A stretch of 64,000 bases of DNA from Felis catus (lineage: Eukaryota). The position numbers were made by a program, and so were the translations under genes. This document shows, in pieces, positions 1-14,408 of this stretch. The stretch is taken from assembly GCF_018350175.1 (NCBI RefSeq), contig NC_058369.1:28212001-28276000 (forward strand). The letters run 5' to 3'. The stretch's first letter is position 1; each line of letters begins with the position of its first letter. Below the pieces are notes generated by a model. The model had not been told where the DNA came from, ran no database searches, and worked only from the letters and a program-made list of their open reading frames with translations.

Positions 1-1422
1 TCTGCTCTCAGTATAGTCCCTTATTTGTAAGATGGGAACAACAACAACAAAAAAAGATTTCTTTGGGTTTTTCTGAAGAGTTAACATAAATAAAGCACTA
101 ACAGTAACAGTGCCTGGCCCCTAGGAAGTACTGTACAATCACTGGGGTTTTTTGTTTGTTTGTTTGTTTGTTTTGTTTTGTTTTAACATTGTCTCTAGCA
201 GCTAGCACAGGATTTGGCACATAGCAGGTGACATTCAATATCTACTGAACTGAACAAGAATTGAAGTGAACTAGACTCTGAGTCAGAGGTACTAACAAGC
301 TAATTTGTGGAGTTAGCAGGCAGAAAACTGACTCATTCATCTAAGAACAAGCCATTCTGAGAAACAGGCTGGTCCCTGAGAAACCATTTCTCATCACCCT
401 TTACAAGGGATGACAACCTAATATGATCCAAGGAGCCAGATTTCAATATACATTTAGTGTTTTTTGATAACTTGTTATAGACAGCCACGGTGTATCTTAT
501 TTGAGTTATAAAGATTTAGAAACACAAAATTTAAACAATTCAAGCTAAAGCCTTCCAGATGCCATACTTCCAGATGCTATAGTACTCAGTTCTATAGTTA
601 TTTCTAAGAAATTCCAGCTAACCTACATTGTTACCACCTCTCTTGAGCATGATTAATTTCTGCATTTTGTTTCACTAAACGTCAAGTGTCCAGCTCATTG
701 CCCAACCTTTGGCTCATGGATATACATCACAAGTGTCAGGGATGATTGGCTTGTTTTAAATTCCAATTCCTGGATCTTACATTCAACTTTATAGATAAGG
801 GTAGAGGATTCAGGGCACAATCTGCAAATCTGCTTTTTAACTGACACTTCAAGTGAATTTTTGTCCTGGAATCTAAGTTATTTTAGATCAAGGTTGCATT
901 TACCCGTAATAAGAAGAAACACAAAGCAGCTAAATACTTTTAGAGTCACTGTTGTTTTTTTTATTTTTTGCAAAGATAAGAAAGCAATCATACATGTTTT
1001 ACTCACACTTATCCATATAGCTGTATATTACCTGGATACACACACCATACTTGTAGGTACAAAGAATTCAAAGAAATCTAAGATGGGAGTTTCTTTGCCA
1101 TGAAGAAGCTTCTTCGATAAAGTGTGTACCCATAAATGATATAAACAATGGACTATGATATATGATTGAGAGCTCAGTCAGTAGAGGGTAATAACATTTC
1201 AGAGGAAAAAGCAATCAAGCCAGTCTAGGTGCCAGTAATGTAAAAAATGGCTGCCTCTGGATGAGGCAGGAAAAAAGTGATAGTAGATGTTAAACTCAGT
1301 GGGTTTCCCAAGACCTTGCTCTTCTCTCAAAAGCTTCAATTTTAGAACATAAAAAGGCAAAAGCAACAACTACAGCCTTTCTAGTTATTAACCCAAGCAG
1401 CCTCACAAGATAGCCAGAAGTC

Positions 1423-1736
1423 CAGCTGACCCTTGAGAAACACAAGTCCATTTATACCCAGGTTTTTTATATTATAGTACTACAAATGTATTTTCTCTTC
1501 CTTATAATTTTCTTAATAACTTTTTATTTTCTCTGGCTTACTTTATTGTAAGAATACAGTATATAATACTTATTCAAAATCTGGGTTCATCGATTGTTCA
1601 TGTTATTGGTAAAGCTTCCAGTCAACAGCAGGCTATTAGAAGTTAACTTTGGGAGGCATCCAAAATTCTGCACAGATTTTCAGCTGCGTAGGGAGGGTTG
1701 GTACCCCTAACCCTCACATTGTTCAAAGGTCAACTA
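1423..1736 (+). mobile_element. TcMar-Tigger non-autonomous DNA transposon (Tigger2a-like)
   Basis: Terminal inverted repeats cagctgacccttgagaaac ... attgttcaaaggtcaacta, with Tigger2a-like internal sequence. Confidence 0.75.
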
Positions 1737-4700
1737 TAGGAGTATCTGAGTGGTCACTGAGGAATGACACTTTGGGGCACCATGAACTGAGCCAGCACGC
1801 GGCCCCCATATCTAAGAAGCTGTCCTGGAAAACCTTGCACAGAGCTGTATGCACTTATCTTCCCCTGGCATCAGTAGTGAAAAACAACTGGCTGATCTCC
1901 TCACTTGACATCTAATCAGATACTTGATCCTGAAGTTACTTTTCTCATGGTTTAGGTCTTACTCCTCTGATGATCCTGTAAAGTTCTGGAAAGAAGGGTA
2001 TGTGTCTTATTTATTGGCAAGGCCCTGGATGCCTAGCACAATAATGTCATTTAAAAAAAAAAAAAAAAGGTCTCGAACTGACCATTTAGAAAACTCTTAT
2101 GTACCACCTACTACATACCAAACACTGTGTTAGGCACCCAACAGAAGAGACAGCTAGGTCACTGCCAGTGGCAGTGGCAAAAGTCTACGCTCATGATAGC
2201 TGAAGGCAGCCCCGGCATGCAGGAAAAGCCATAATTGTATACTTCGAATTAGTGCACTGTATAGCGTGTAATTATTTATCAAGTTATGATAAAAATAAAT
2301 AAATAATAGCAAAAGCATGGCCACTCCCTAGAAGCCCACTGAGTCAAAGTTGAGAAAAAATACATCCAGAATTTAACTGTTCCTATTTGGATGGATTGTG
2401 ACATACTCCTAATACTTGGTGGCACTGTACTCAAATATTAAGAAAAACGGAGTGCTTCTAGGAAGCTACAAGACAACAAAATTAAATTTATACAATATTG
2501 TACACAGTCATTAGAATCAGAAAAGCACGGGGTCAATTCTCGGTTCTCTTCCTTAGTTGTAGGACTTGAATCAAATTGTTTAGCCTATGGGAGACTCAAG
2601 TTCCTCACCAGTAAAACTGGAATGAACTGACAAAAAATGTTGTCATAATACATTGCTAATAATCAAATAAATGCAAATTAACATGATACCATTTTCACTT
2701 CCAAAACTAGCATTTATGAGGAGTACCATCACTATACACAATGGCAAATTGTTTTCCTACTCCTCTTAATGGGTATACAATTTTAGGTTTGCAGCATGAT
2801 TTACAATTGTGAAAAGTCAGAAACATCCAAAAACAGATGAAGTAAATCGGTTACAGAAAATCAAATCAATGGAATTATGGCACAACTGAAAATGCAGTTA
2901 CAGACTGTTTAAATAATAACGAAAACACCTGTATGTGAAATGAAGGAATAGGGTATTATATGCAGAGCAATTATCCTAGTTTTACTTTAAACTGTTTAGG
3001 ACAATATGAGAAGGAAACATCTTAAAAGATTAACAAGATTATCCTTGAGCGTGGGATTATCAGTCTTTTTTACCTTCTTCACATTTTTGTGAATTAAAAA
3101 AAATGAATAGCATTAAACTTTTGCTCATTTTATTCATAACAACACATGCAATACTCATTTGAGAGAAGTGGAAAATAACCTCTATTTTATATATGCCACC
3201 AGATTATATCATAAAATGAAATTAATTTTACTATACAGATAAATAGCTACATGGCACAAATGATCAAAATAAGAACTATGAGGTATATTTTCAAAATATA
3301 AGCATATCTGCTATCCAGCCATATTCACAGTCACCAATGTCAGGGGTTATACTTCAAAAAAATGTTCAGTAAAGTTGCTGAGTAAGTAATTTGAAGTTCT
3401 TTATTATCCTAACCCAAACACTTCACATCACAGCCATTTGTTAATTATAAAATAATTACATAATGCAGTTAATAAAAGAACTGCCAAATACAATATTGAT
3501 CCAAGGAGCTTTCAGAGCTTCAGGGATAGTACCTAATCTCTGTACTCAACCACGACTCCAAATGTGAAAGTAATCAGCAAAATAATGAAGAAAATTATTT
3601 CAAAAGAGAAAATACGCTTTAGAAAGATTCTTCTTAAAACGGTGAAAAAAAATATAAATTGTTCCCTAAAATCATACAACCATTAGCTACATGGTCGGGT
3701 AGCCTTTTTGCCCTGTGGTAAACCCAATCGTGGAAATCAAATCTAGCAGTGATTTAATTTATAATTATTTTTCAAAGTTTGAAGAAAACGGATAACTGAA
3801 TTATATTCAATGGACTGAACAAACTTTTAGATCTTTGAGTTCAGGGTAGGTATCAAAGTACCGTATGCCAGGATGACTTCATGGGTATAAGCCAACAGAT
3901 ACCATGGGGTCTGTCTGGGAGAAGAGCCTGCTTCCCTATTTCCCAAAACCCCAAGACATTTGCAGTTCTAGTAACCCTTGGATATTCACCAAAGCTATTT
4001 TCTCCTTTCCTATTTAGATCATGGACTATATAAACTAGGGAGAGAAAAAAAGGGAAAGAGAGAAAAACAGAGACAGACAGACAGACATAAAAGAGAAAGA
4101 CTTTATTTGTAAGTAAACAAAGGGGTAAACCAGGTCAGCTACCTAGAACCAGGCTTGTTCCAGACTTGTGATATGGTCAAGTGGTTAAGGAAATTATTTA
4201 GCAATCCAAGTGGCCTCATTCTTATCAAAACTCCACTACTTACTAGTTGGGTGAATCTGGACCAGTTACTTTCCTAATGGTAGTTGTTTTTATTCTCCCC
4301 CTGAATGTATGTAAATCTAGTTAACTAAATAAGCCAGCTTTCAATAAGTGGTAGCTGTTACAATAACTGAATATAAAGTTTCATAGAAAAGATATGTGTC
4401 ATTAATTGTTAGTTATTAGGAATAAAAATTTCCCTAAAACCCAGTTTAAAATGTTTTACATCAAAGTCACAAAACATGTTTTTGTCTGCTTCTACGTTTA
4501 TACTTTTCATCTTCTATTCTCTTACAAATGAGATCATCTCTCCAGCTTTCTTCTAGCTCTATCATTCTACGACAATCATACTGGATAGGGAAAACATATC
4601 ATCCAGGCTCTGGTTTTGATTGCTATTTTTCCTGTGGTAAATCTCAGAAAGCTACCAAAATCCCCTGCTGATTGTCCTGGCCAAGATGGTGATAAACTTA

Positions 4701-5399
4701 AGATTTCTGCCATCCAGTGGCATTCACCTGCATGGACAAAGGGCTCTTTTCAAATTATGAAAACTTCTATATCATCTTCTTTTTTCTAATGTTAATAAAC
4801 TTTAATTTGGCGATATTAACCTCAAGGTTACCAAGTGTGGCTTCTTCTTGCCAACCCATGTCAGTTTTTATAGAAGAGGCCATTAGGCCACTTGCTAAAG
4901 TCAGGTTTGATTACTTCTCATTTGTGGCCAATTTCCCATCAACTTCATCTTTAGTCTTATCTTCTTAATGTTAATCAACAAAGCCATGAGACAAATGTGA
5001 AAGCTTGATGGTATTTTCTAATAATATTTACATAGTTAATAGAACTGAGCATTACATGGCATTTTACAACTTCTTTTTATATAGTGAGTACTAAAGTAGT
5101 AGTCCTTAAATACTTGTTACATGACACAATGACTGACGTCTTTTTTTTCGCCATGATACTTTGTTAGGCATTGTAGGTAAGTGGGAAGGAATGGATGTAT
5201 TCCGTGGGGTCTGTAGCAACAAGTCTAAAGCTCATTTTACTTCGTAAATATCAACTCTTCAACATTGCTCATCTAGGAGAATGATATATTTCCTATATCA
5301 GAGGTGTTCCTTGTATTGGGCAAATCTATGGCTTTAGAGTCAGTATTGGAGGCAGATAGATATTCCTTTGTCTTAAAGTCTCAGACTATTTATTTACCA

Positions 5400-5815
5400 T
5401 CTATGGTAGATGATAGTATTTACAAGTATTCATTCTTTCTTCTTTCCACACTGTGGACGGAGTACACTTCTCTGCTCCATTTATAATTTTATGGCCAGGT
5501 GAACTGTTTTGGTCAATGGAACATGGGTGGGTATAACATACGGCTGTTCTCAGCAAAAATTTTAAACACGTACACATAGTCTGGGCTGATCTCATAAGCT
5601 CCCACCTTCTACTACAAGAGTAACATGCTCTAGACAGGGCTCCTTTTTCAGCTGGACAGAGAATAATATGACAGGTGGAACAGACCAGACCTAGCCAAGC
5701 CCAACTAAGCCACAGCTAATCTACAGAACTATGAGCAAAACATTAATGACAATATTGTTGTCAGCCACCAAGATTCCAGGGTTGCTTGCTACTCTATAAA
5801 AGCTGACTGATGCAC
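5400..5815 (+). mobile_element. ERVL-MaLR solo LTR (old MLT1-like)
   Basis: MLT1-like motifs (tggccaggtgaactgttttggtcaatggaa; end ...aaagctgactgatgca). Confidence 0.6.
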
Positions 5816-5834
5816 TATCCCTAAATCTTAATTA

Positions 5835-6680
5835 TTTCATTTAGTAACTAGTTACTGAGGGCTTACACTGAATGCAAAACATTAAGCTAAGATTACCATT
5901 ATGAGAAAAGAATGTACACTTATAGACTCTCATAGCCTAGAAGCAGCAGATGAAAATTACCTGATCATCCTAGCATATGTGTAATTACAAACAGGTAAAT
6001 ACTATGAAAGAAAGGAACATGGTGCCATTAGAGTTATAATAAAGGAAGATGGCCTAGACTGGTGTGCCAGAAAAGCCTTTCTCAAAGAAGGGATCCATGA
6101 GTTGATCCTAGCTGGACAAACAAGTGTCACCAAGGGGAACAGTCAGTGGAAGAACATTCCAGTCAAGGAAGATAAAAAGTGTAAAGGCCTCATGGTTGAA
6201 AGAAACATGGTTTGGTAGAGGGGCAGAAGAGGCTGGTATGGCTGGGGGACAAAAGGTGCAGGGAGGACTGTTATGAAGTGAGATTAGAGATAAAGATGGA
6301 AGCAGAACCAGAGACCTTTGGAGACCATGTTTAAAAAGTAAATGAGTCTTTATCCTGAGTGCAAATAAGAAGCCATGCACAGCTGTTCAATGGGGTGTGA
6401 AGTGGGGGGTTGTGTGACCAGATTCAGGTCTTGCAAGCTCTCTCTGATATATCAAGAACAGACTAAGGAGAAGGTAGAGTGAATACAACAGCATAGTCCA
6501 GGTGGGAAATGCTGATAGCTTGGTTATGGTGCTGGCACTGGAAATTAGAGAAACAGACAAATTTTTGAAATTTAGGAGGTAAGCCAGCAAGATCGGCCCT
6601 GGGAAAGATAGTGTTGGATGTGAGTGGAGGGATATTCTCTAACATCACTATCCACAAAGAGACACACCCTACCATGAAGA
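5835..6680 (-). mobile_element. LINE-2 fragment
   Basis: Degenerate reverse-complement L2 3' end followed by purine-rich L2-like body. Confidence 0.6.
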
Positions 6681-8989
6681 GGAAATATAAGAAATAATGT
6701 CTGCAGATTGTGAGTCTGATCTAGTTTACCAATTAATTTTGATTATTTTACAATAACCCATAGTGGTAGGTATATTAAACTCCTTGCCACCCACAGTTAC
6801 AGATGGAAAATTTTATTACCAGCATACATATAAATCACATTTGTGATACTTGTCAATCTCAGGAAGGAACTTGGGATAAGAAGATGAAGTTCAATATAGA
6901 TTAGTTTAGGAATTCAAGTTGAGTTTTTTCCTTTCATATAACTTGGATCATGTGTTTTAAAAAACAATAGTACTATAAAGTACCTCAAAGACTAACAGGA
7001 GTAGAATTGAGTTAGCTCAAAGTCTACTCCTGTTTCATGAGATGTGGAAAATAATTATGAGGCTGTTTTCTTGGGTGTCCTCAAGTTCAAAGAGGGCTTC
7101 CAGTAGTCTTTGCTTTAATGTCTGGTTCATGGAAACACAACTTAGCTTCTGAAATAGACAACTATAAAACACACCTGTCACCTGTCATCCAGCCTGCATT
7201 CTACACATTTGCTTTTTTATTTTTCTTAATTCTAATTCCACAGATGGATCCAAAAGTTGTGAAGGACATCACGATACAGCAAGCATGCATGCACACGTGC
7301 ACATACCCATGCACACAAATACCAGCAATTCAAATTTCCCTCCCCAGACCCATAGCACAGACATCTGTAGTGTTCACAGCTAAGCTTGTATTCCCACCTG
7401 AGTTCTTTTAGGACACCCGTCCTCACCCAGAGCAAGCCATCCTGGTAGGCTGTCAAACAAAATACCTCACCTGCCCTCGGCAAGAGACCTAGGCGAGGCC
7501 AAAGAGATGGTCCGCTCTGGGAATTTAACTCTTGGCAGTTCCGTGTGACACAGAGACACACATGGCAGGGGCTTCATCATTTCAGTGGCACTATCCTGAG
7601 GAGACTGTCATCTCTGCAACCAGGATGCCCAGAGCCGCCCTAATTTCATTTATTTCTGAGGGCTGCTACTTTTCAGCTTATTGTCTCCATTCTGTGACTT
7701 GCTTCCCATAGCTTTTGCAACACACTGCTTTTACAGAAGTGGAAGGTGATTCTGATAGAGGACAACTAAATTGCCCAAAGTCACACAGGTAAGAAATGGC
7801 TGCATTTGGACTCACAATTCTGTTGGTCAGATGCCACATCTGTGATCTCATACTGTCACTATACTGCTGCCTACTACCGCATTTCAAATGGAATTGGAAA
7901 ATGTAATATTTGTTTATTTGTTAGGACTTACAATGAAATGTAAACTCCACCTGCTATTTTAGTATTTGTAAACAAGATGACTTAAAAAGCACATCCACTT
8001 TAACTAGTCTGTGAAACACATTAACATTTTCATAGTACCTTCACATGACTTTTCTGTGGCTATGCTACTAATCCGGAATGAACTCTCATTGTCCGTTGAC
8101 AATGATCAGTTTCACCTTCAGAGAAAACTGCCCAATGTGCCCCTTTACATTTGGATGAGCTTTCCTTTGGAGACAGAAGTGGAGATGTTTTTTTGTTTTT
8201 GTTTTTCATTTTCTTACAGATTCTTCTTTCATTGAATATTCCATGTGCCTGGTTAGGAGGCCTTGCTATCATCAACCCTTACCCACATTGCCATTCAGAG
8301 AGGGACAAATGCCAGTGAGTAAGACCAACCGCAACAGCTTCAGGCTAAAGCTTGGTGAAATTGGCAACAAAAAGCCCTCATCCCCAGAGTCACCAGTACT
8401 CTTATTCTATCCCTTTTACGTCTTTGTCTTCTGACAATGAATGCAGTGACAGGTCTGGTAGCAAACATATTGTGGAACTCATAAAACCAAGACCAGGAAT
8501 AAAGAACGTAAAAGACTGAGAGTAGCAAAGGGAAACCAGATGCCCAAGCAGGCATCCTCTTGGGGAGAGGGGAAAACTGAGTCAGCATTAAAAACCAAAC
8601 ACAGGCCGGGATTTATAGGCAATGCCTGAAATATACAATTCATCTGGAATCCAAATCCAATTTCACATATTTTTCAAGCACAAAGTACTCCAATTGTCAT
8701 GAATTTTCTGTAAGAGTTTAATTAAAACAGCCATACTTCATTTTTGTTCCCCTTACAGGAATTTCAGGACCCCAAGAAAACAGATCTCTTCTACATCTTA
8801 CTTTTATTCCTTGAATTTAGATAGAGTATCTGCTCAGTATAATGGCAGTGTTTTGGCCTTTCACCTCTCTCACTTTTTGTAAAGCCTGTCAAATACCCAC
8901 CCTTCCAGTAGGGTCAATACCAATGATCTGGACTGGGAAGAATTTCACACACACAAAAAAAGAAAATAAGATCTCATGGGAGATGATAA

Positions 8990-9665
8990 AGAACAGGCTT
9001 CTGAAATAAGGACAACTTCATTCAAATATCAGCTCTAGTATTTACTAGCTGAAAGGCTTTGGGCAGTCATATTACGTTTCAGAATGTGTTTGTCTCACAA
9101 TATGGATAGTAATACTTATTGAGAATCATTGCTTTAAGAATTCAAAATAATACATTTAAGGTTTTAGCACAATGGCCCATGGGAATCATGACTATACTGC
9201 CATTACTAATAACTCATTGAGTACATTTATGTACCATGTACTGCAGATGCAGATCTGTTTGCTGCAGATTCGATAGTGAAACAAATCATGACCTCTAACC
9301 TCTCAGATCTTACATCTAATGTGAAAGACACAATGAGAAGTGAATCTAATAAGGGATTAAAAAATGTTCTGATAGGAAAATTAAAGATTGCTACAAGTAA
9401 CTACTTTTTATTAATTTTTAAAAATTTATGTAGAACATAGAGATTAAGAATCTGAATTCTATCATCAGAATGCCTGGGTTGGAGACCCAGGTCTTCCCAT
9501 TAATATTAGAGAGACTTTTCATGAGATTTTTCATCAGCGATATCAAAAAGATAATAATAACCACATCAAAGCATTTTCATGATAATTAACAGAAAAAACA
9601 TGCAAAGTATTTAGAATAGTGCTGGACACATAGTAATTCTTCAATAAATGTTAGCTCTAATTACT
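8990..9665. mobile_element. MIR / L2 / MIR fragment cluster
   Basis: MIR core-like segments, ending gctggacacatagtaattcttcaataaatgttagc. Confidence 0.5.
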
Positions 9666-10059
9666 AGCACTACTACAATTCCAGCAGTGCTGAGCTTTAT
9701 AGAAATGGTTATGACCCTTCAGAATGTCTTCTTACGCACATACATTGTTTTCTGTGTTTTGAGCCAATCATGCTGTAACTAAAACAAAACCTAAGATATC
9801 TCTAAAAATGCTTTCAGCTCATACCACTCAACTTTGGATCAGAAATATATAAATATTGGTATTGCAATTCTGAAGTTATTTTGAGTGTATTATAGGATTG
9901 CAGAGTAAATGAGAGAGAATGGAAACACAAATATGAAATGAAGGAATGTGAGGAAGAACCCCCATACTGCTGGATTTCCACGGAGGTATAGTATAAACAC
10001 ATGATTTAAACTATATTCATACATACATAGACATTTTCTAGTCCTTTCCACAAAAGGGT

Positions 10060-11560
10060 CTAATAACAATGTTATCCCAGCAGCGATGAACACACCTAAT
10101 ACCTAGACCTTATATTCTCTCCTAAAATAAGCCAGGGCTCTTTGGAAATAGCTAATTCTAGGACTGAAGGAAGGAAAACAAAATGAACTTGGAACACCTG
10201 GTGGCAGAAAATAAGGAAGTGCTTAAAGACCAATAGAGTCATGAAGAAAGGACATGGGAAACTGTGGGGCATTTGCTGCCCAACTTTGCATGCTTGTGCA
10301 CAATTCTATAATAGTACAGATTATAATACCCTGAAATAAAAATAACCTATGAGTCAACTAGATGTGAGAACAAGACAGACAAAAGGAGTGAACAAAAAAG
10401 TCAAGGGCTTCTCTATAGAAGAATGCCCATTAGGAAAGGTAGAAAAAAACTGACAGAATTAGATAGCCAACATTTTGTAAGCCCCATGTTGTAAGTGACT
10501 CAGGCAAAAGCCAGAAATAGATGCTAAAACTGAACCAGTAGACTGGGAGATGTTTTATTGTGGAATAAGATATTCAGATGAGAATTAAAGTTGCCATAAG
10601 CCTAAGAAAGATTGTTCTATAGCCATGATGACAAGTGGCCTCCAGAAACAGACGGAAGCCTATTCAATCAACAATCTTTGCTAGTCAACTGGTGACAGCC
10701 CATTGTTGCTTAATGTCAGCCAGTTAGTAACAAACTCAACACATCTCCAAGTACCAACGAATCAAACAGTCCAGTACAATTCTCCCTTAAATAAATTTAT
10801 CTTTGTCTTTTTATTTTCAGATAATGAGTGATGGTCTGCAGTATTAGCCCACTACATACTAATTAAGAAGAAAAAAAATTACAAGACCATCTGACAGTCA
10901 CCGTCTAATCAAGTGGTCAAGACTGGCAATGCCAATAGCACATCAGACATGGCCAGACATGATGTGCCCTGGCATGAGGTGGTGAGAAGTGGACAGCATT
11001 ATCTATTTGGTGTCCAGGCCAAAAATGTCTGACCTCATCTGAACCATGAGAAAACAGCCGGATGGATCAAGGAAATGCAACGTTACCTGGGACAACTGAC
11101 CTGGAATCTTCAGATGACTTACTGCCATGAAGAACTAAGGGAGGTGGGAAAGTGTAACAGATTAGAGACAGCAAGGGAATTTAATAACCAATTAAAATGT
11201 ATGGGCTGTGACAGGAGGAAACTGTGAGCTTTGTATCATGGAGAAAAGAAGCCACGTGAGAAAATCTAAACATGGAAAGTACAAACAGATCACTAAACTG
11301 ATAATGGATTTTCTTGGGGGCACCAACAGTGGCGTCATTGTGTAGGAGAATGCCCTTATTCTTGGGAGATGCATGCTGAATTATTTAGTAAAGGAATGTC
11401 TTGATGTCTACAATAGCACACCGTTGGATAGTTTGGCAAAAGAGAAATGTCTATGGAGAAACATGGCGGGGGTAGATCAAGAAGTTAAAGCTGATGAATC
11501 TCGTTGAGGGAAAAACAGGTGATTGCTGAACTTTTCAACTTTTCTGTGAGTTTGAAATCA
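10060..11560 (+). mobile_element. Old LINE-1 3' region (L1MC/L1MD-like), interrupted
   Basis: Motifs such as ataagccagggctctttggaaatagctaattctaggactg and gagaatgcccttattcttgggagatgcatgctgaa typical of L1MC-type 3' UTRs. Confidence 0.6.
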
Positions 11561-13194
11561 TTTTATTTTCATTTTGAAAACCACATTAATATAGTACCTT
11601 TGGAATATCCCAGATATTTTCTCTCTGCTCCAGTTTCTCAGTTACAATCAAAATAAATCTGTTGCCCTGTAAGTATTTTTGTTAGTCAGCTCCTATCTTT
11701 TTGGCAAAAAGAATGGCCCAAATAAGTGGATGAAGTACAAAATATTTAATTTGCAAAATGATTTTCCTCCCATGTAAGAAAAAAAGATAAATGTGTTTCA
11801 GTGAAGAATAGCCAAGATAAGATTCCCTTTGGAGTTTAAAAATCCTCCAGTCTTTATCGCAATGCATTTTATCTCTGTTGTCAATAAGACACCCAGAAGT
11901 CTGTAAGAGGAGAAGAATGTCCCCGGACCCATCAGGAGAAATGGCGGCTGTGTCAATGCATTCATAAAGACACACCACTGCGCCAAGGGCATCATGGACT
12001 CTGAGTATTCTCCCTGTCTCCCACACTGACACTAGTCTTTGGTATGTCATCTGAGGAGTCTCTCATGGGAAGACAGGCCTTAATCTGACAGAAGAGCATG
12101 TGAACAGAGGCCACCCGGCTGGATAAATGCAGCTGGTTACCATGTCCCTAGGGGGACAGCGCATTGCCACAGACAAGGTGAAACAAGGCAGACAAGAGCG
12201 TGGGCTAGAGATGAACAGGCCGACCAGTGGAGCCTGCAGAAAAAACTCTGACCTAGAGCATAGGATTGCAGCCTGAAAAACACCATTAGGCAAGGCAAGG
12301 CAATACAATCCTAGTGTACACAGCTCAAACAGTGAAGGGAACCAACATGGTCCCTGGAGCAGGAGACACGTTGACTGTGCTGGCAGTAAGGCTGCAGAGC
12401 CTCTGGCACGTACAGGAGGCCCCATCTGGTTTCGAGAACAGAATACAAACAGTGACCCTTGATACGGTGGGGAGGGCAAGAAGGAAAATCTATACGTTTA
12501 CGGGACATGAACGGCAAGCAATTGAGGGAATTCAATGAGGGAGGAGGGAGGATAGCTTTAGCATTTATGGATTTACAGGAAGAGAAATGCATTATGATAG
12601 CTAGCAACCCCAGCCCAAAGGGAACTAACCACACAATTAAAAAAAAAAAAAGTCCACATTCAAGGACCTGGCCCTGCAAAGGAAAACAAGCTAAAAAAGG
12701 AAATTTGGGCTTTAATAATACAAATATTCACAAAGAGCAGGAGAGAAAATTCAATAAACCTTGTGGAACACAGAATCACATTTGACTCCTCTAGACTCTC
12801 GTAACTGCACAGAAACTTAACAATATAGCTAATATTCGACCCCTTCATCTGGGCCAGGGATAGCCTATGCATTTTACATCCATTAACTCCCATGATGCAC
12901 ATAACGATCCCATGATGTAGATACTATTACCCCATTTTAAGCATGAGGCAACTAAGGGAAAGACAGATTAAATAAATCCTAGGGTCTGCTCCTAGTAAGG
13001 AGGGAGCTAGGATTCACACCTAGGCATGGGCGGCTACTGCTTCCCAGGGTTCCAAATCACCCTCACCTTTAAGAAATAAAGCCCACATCTTTGGTCTCTT
13101 TTTGAGTGATGATTAAAGCATAAATAGCTGAGAAGAAGGGAGAAGCTATAGCTGAGACACAGGAGTGGGGAAGCACAATTAGAGGGTTCAGAGG

Positions 13195-13832
13195 AGCAGT
13201 TCACAAAATGTGTGGTCTCCATACCCCTTTAACTGTTGAAAAGTTTTGATGTTATAAAATAATTAGGTTGTGGAGATGAAAAGTATAGCATAGGGAATAT
13301 AGTCAGTAATAACCCTGCATGGTGACAGATGGTAACCACTTATTGTGGTGAGCATAATGCACAGAATTTTCAGTTCCCTATACTGTACACCTGAAACTAA
13401 CACAACATTGTATTACCTGTCAACCATACTTTCATGTACCAAAAAAAGTATTGATGATACCAAGTATCTCATGCTTATGATGATTATATCTCCTGATACC
13501 TCGTTAGGAATTAGAACTGAGAAAATTTAAAATAACGAACTTACAACATGTTAACATAAATCAATATTTTATGATAATCATATTTTTTGAACCAAAAAAA
13601 TACTAGCGTAAAGAGTGGCAGTGTTTTACAGTTTTGCAAAGCTCTCATGAATGGCTTGATAAAAGACAAATACATTCTCATTTGTAGTTCTGCTTTCTAT
13701 CTGCCATGATAGGTCTTCTGGTCTAAGTGTAGGAAGAAAAGTTGGTCTCATACAGATAATGTAGTTGAAGAAGGAAAGACCTCACAGGTTCCCTGAAAGG
13801 CCTCAGGGACACTGGTGGCCCCAAAACCACTG
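13195..13832 (+). mobile_element. hAT-Charlie DNA transposon (Charlie1-like) interrupted by an L1 3' end
   Basis: Ends gcagttcacaaaatgtgtggtc ... ccccaaaaccactg, with internal aagagtggcagtgttttacagttttgcaaa typical of Charlie1. Confidence 0.65.
13265..13447 (+). mobile_element. 5'-truncated LINE-1 3' end with target-site duplication
   Basis: L1 terminal motif tgtacacctgaaactaacacaacattgta plus A-tail. Flanking direct repeats aaaagttttgatg (13239) and aaaagtattgatg (13444). Confidence 0.75.
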
Positions 13833-14408
13833 GTTCAGAGCATGGACACTGCAGTTAGAACATTTGGGTTTGGAACCTGACTTTGCCACTTAATACATGC
13901 TTGATCTGAATTAATTAAGCTTTGAATATCTTATTCCTTTACCTATAAAACAGAGGTACTCAGTACCTGTCTCATAGAATTGCTTATGAGTATTAACATT
14001 TTTCAAATACTTAGACAAATTTTCAAGGCATATATCAATGTTACATGAGTAATGTTAAATAAGTACTAAAATAATCACTTGGTTTTACAAGCAGAATCTC
14101 TGTCATGGGTTGGCATCTTCATACTGAATTTTATATTCCCACAGCTGGGACAACAACAAGGATTTCTTTAGCAGGAGTGAACATTCATGGAAGCATATCC
14201 ATGTTATAATAGGAATCCCAGTAAACTGAGAATGGAGTTCAGATACGTACTTTGACAGCCTGAGAGAAGGAAAAAAAAATCATTGGAATCTCCACTTTCA
14301 GAAGATGACAGCATCCTACCTTCAAAACGCTTCCATGTTCAAAGTCACACCAGACAGTGGTAATTCTTTCAGGTAATGTGTGTTCAGTTTTGTCAATAAA
14401 AACATGTC

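Noticed and set aside
552..581. Short tandem duplications (cttccagatgcYata twice; also ~55563-55603)
   Set aside because: Ordinary slippage duplications.
4480..5030. Purine-rich minus-strand segment with HGFV...DFSK spacing reminiscent of a CR1/L2 reverse transcriptase
   Set aside because: Motifs lie in different frames with many stops. Cannot be supported without a profile search.
11682..12902. Cluster of overlapping 100-140 aa ORFs
   Set aside because: No recognisable protein family, no consistent splice signals, ORFs in several frames on both strands.
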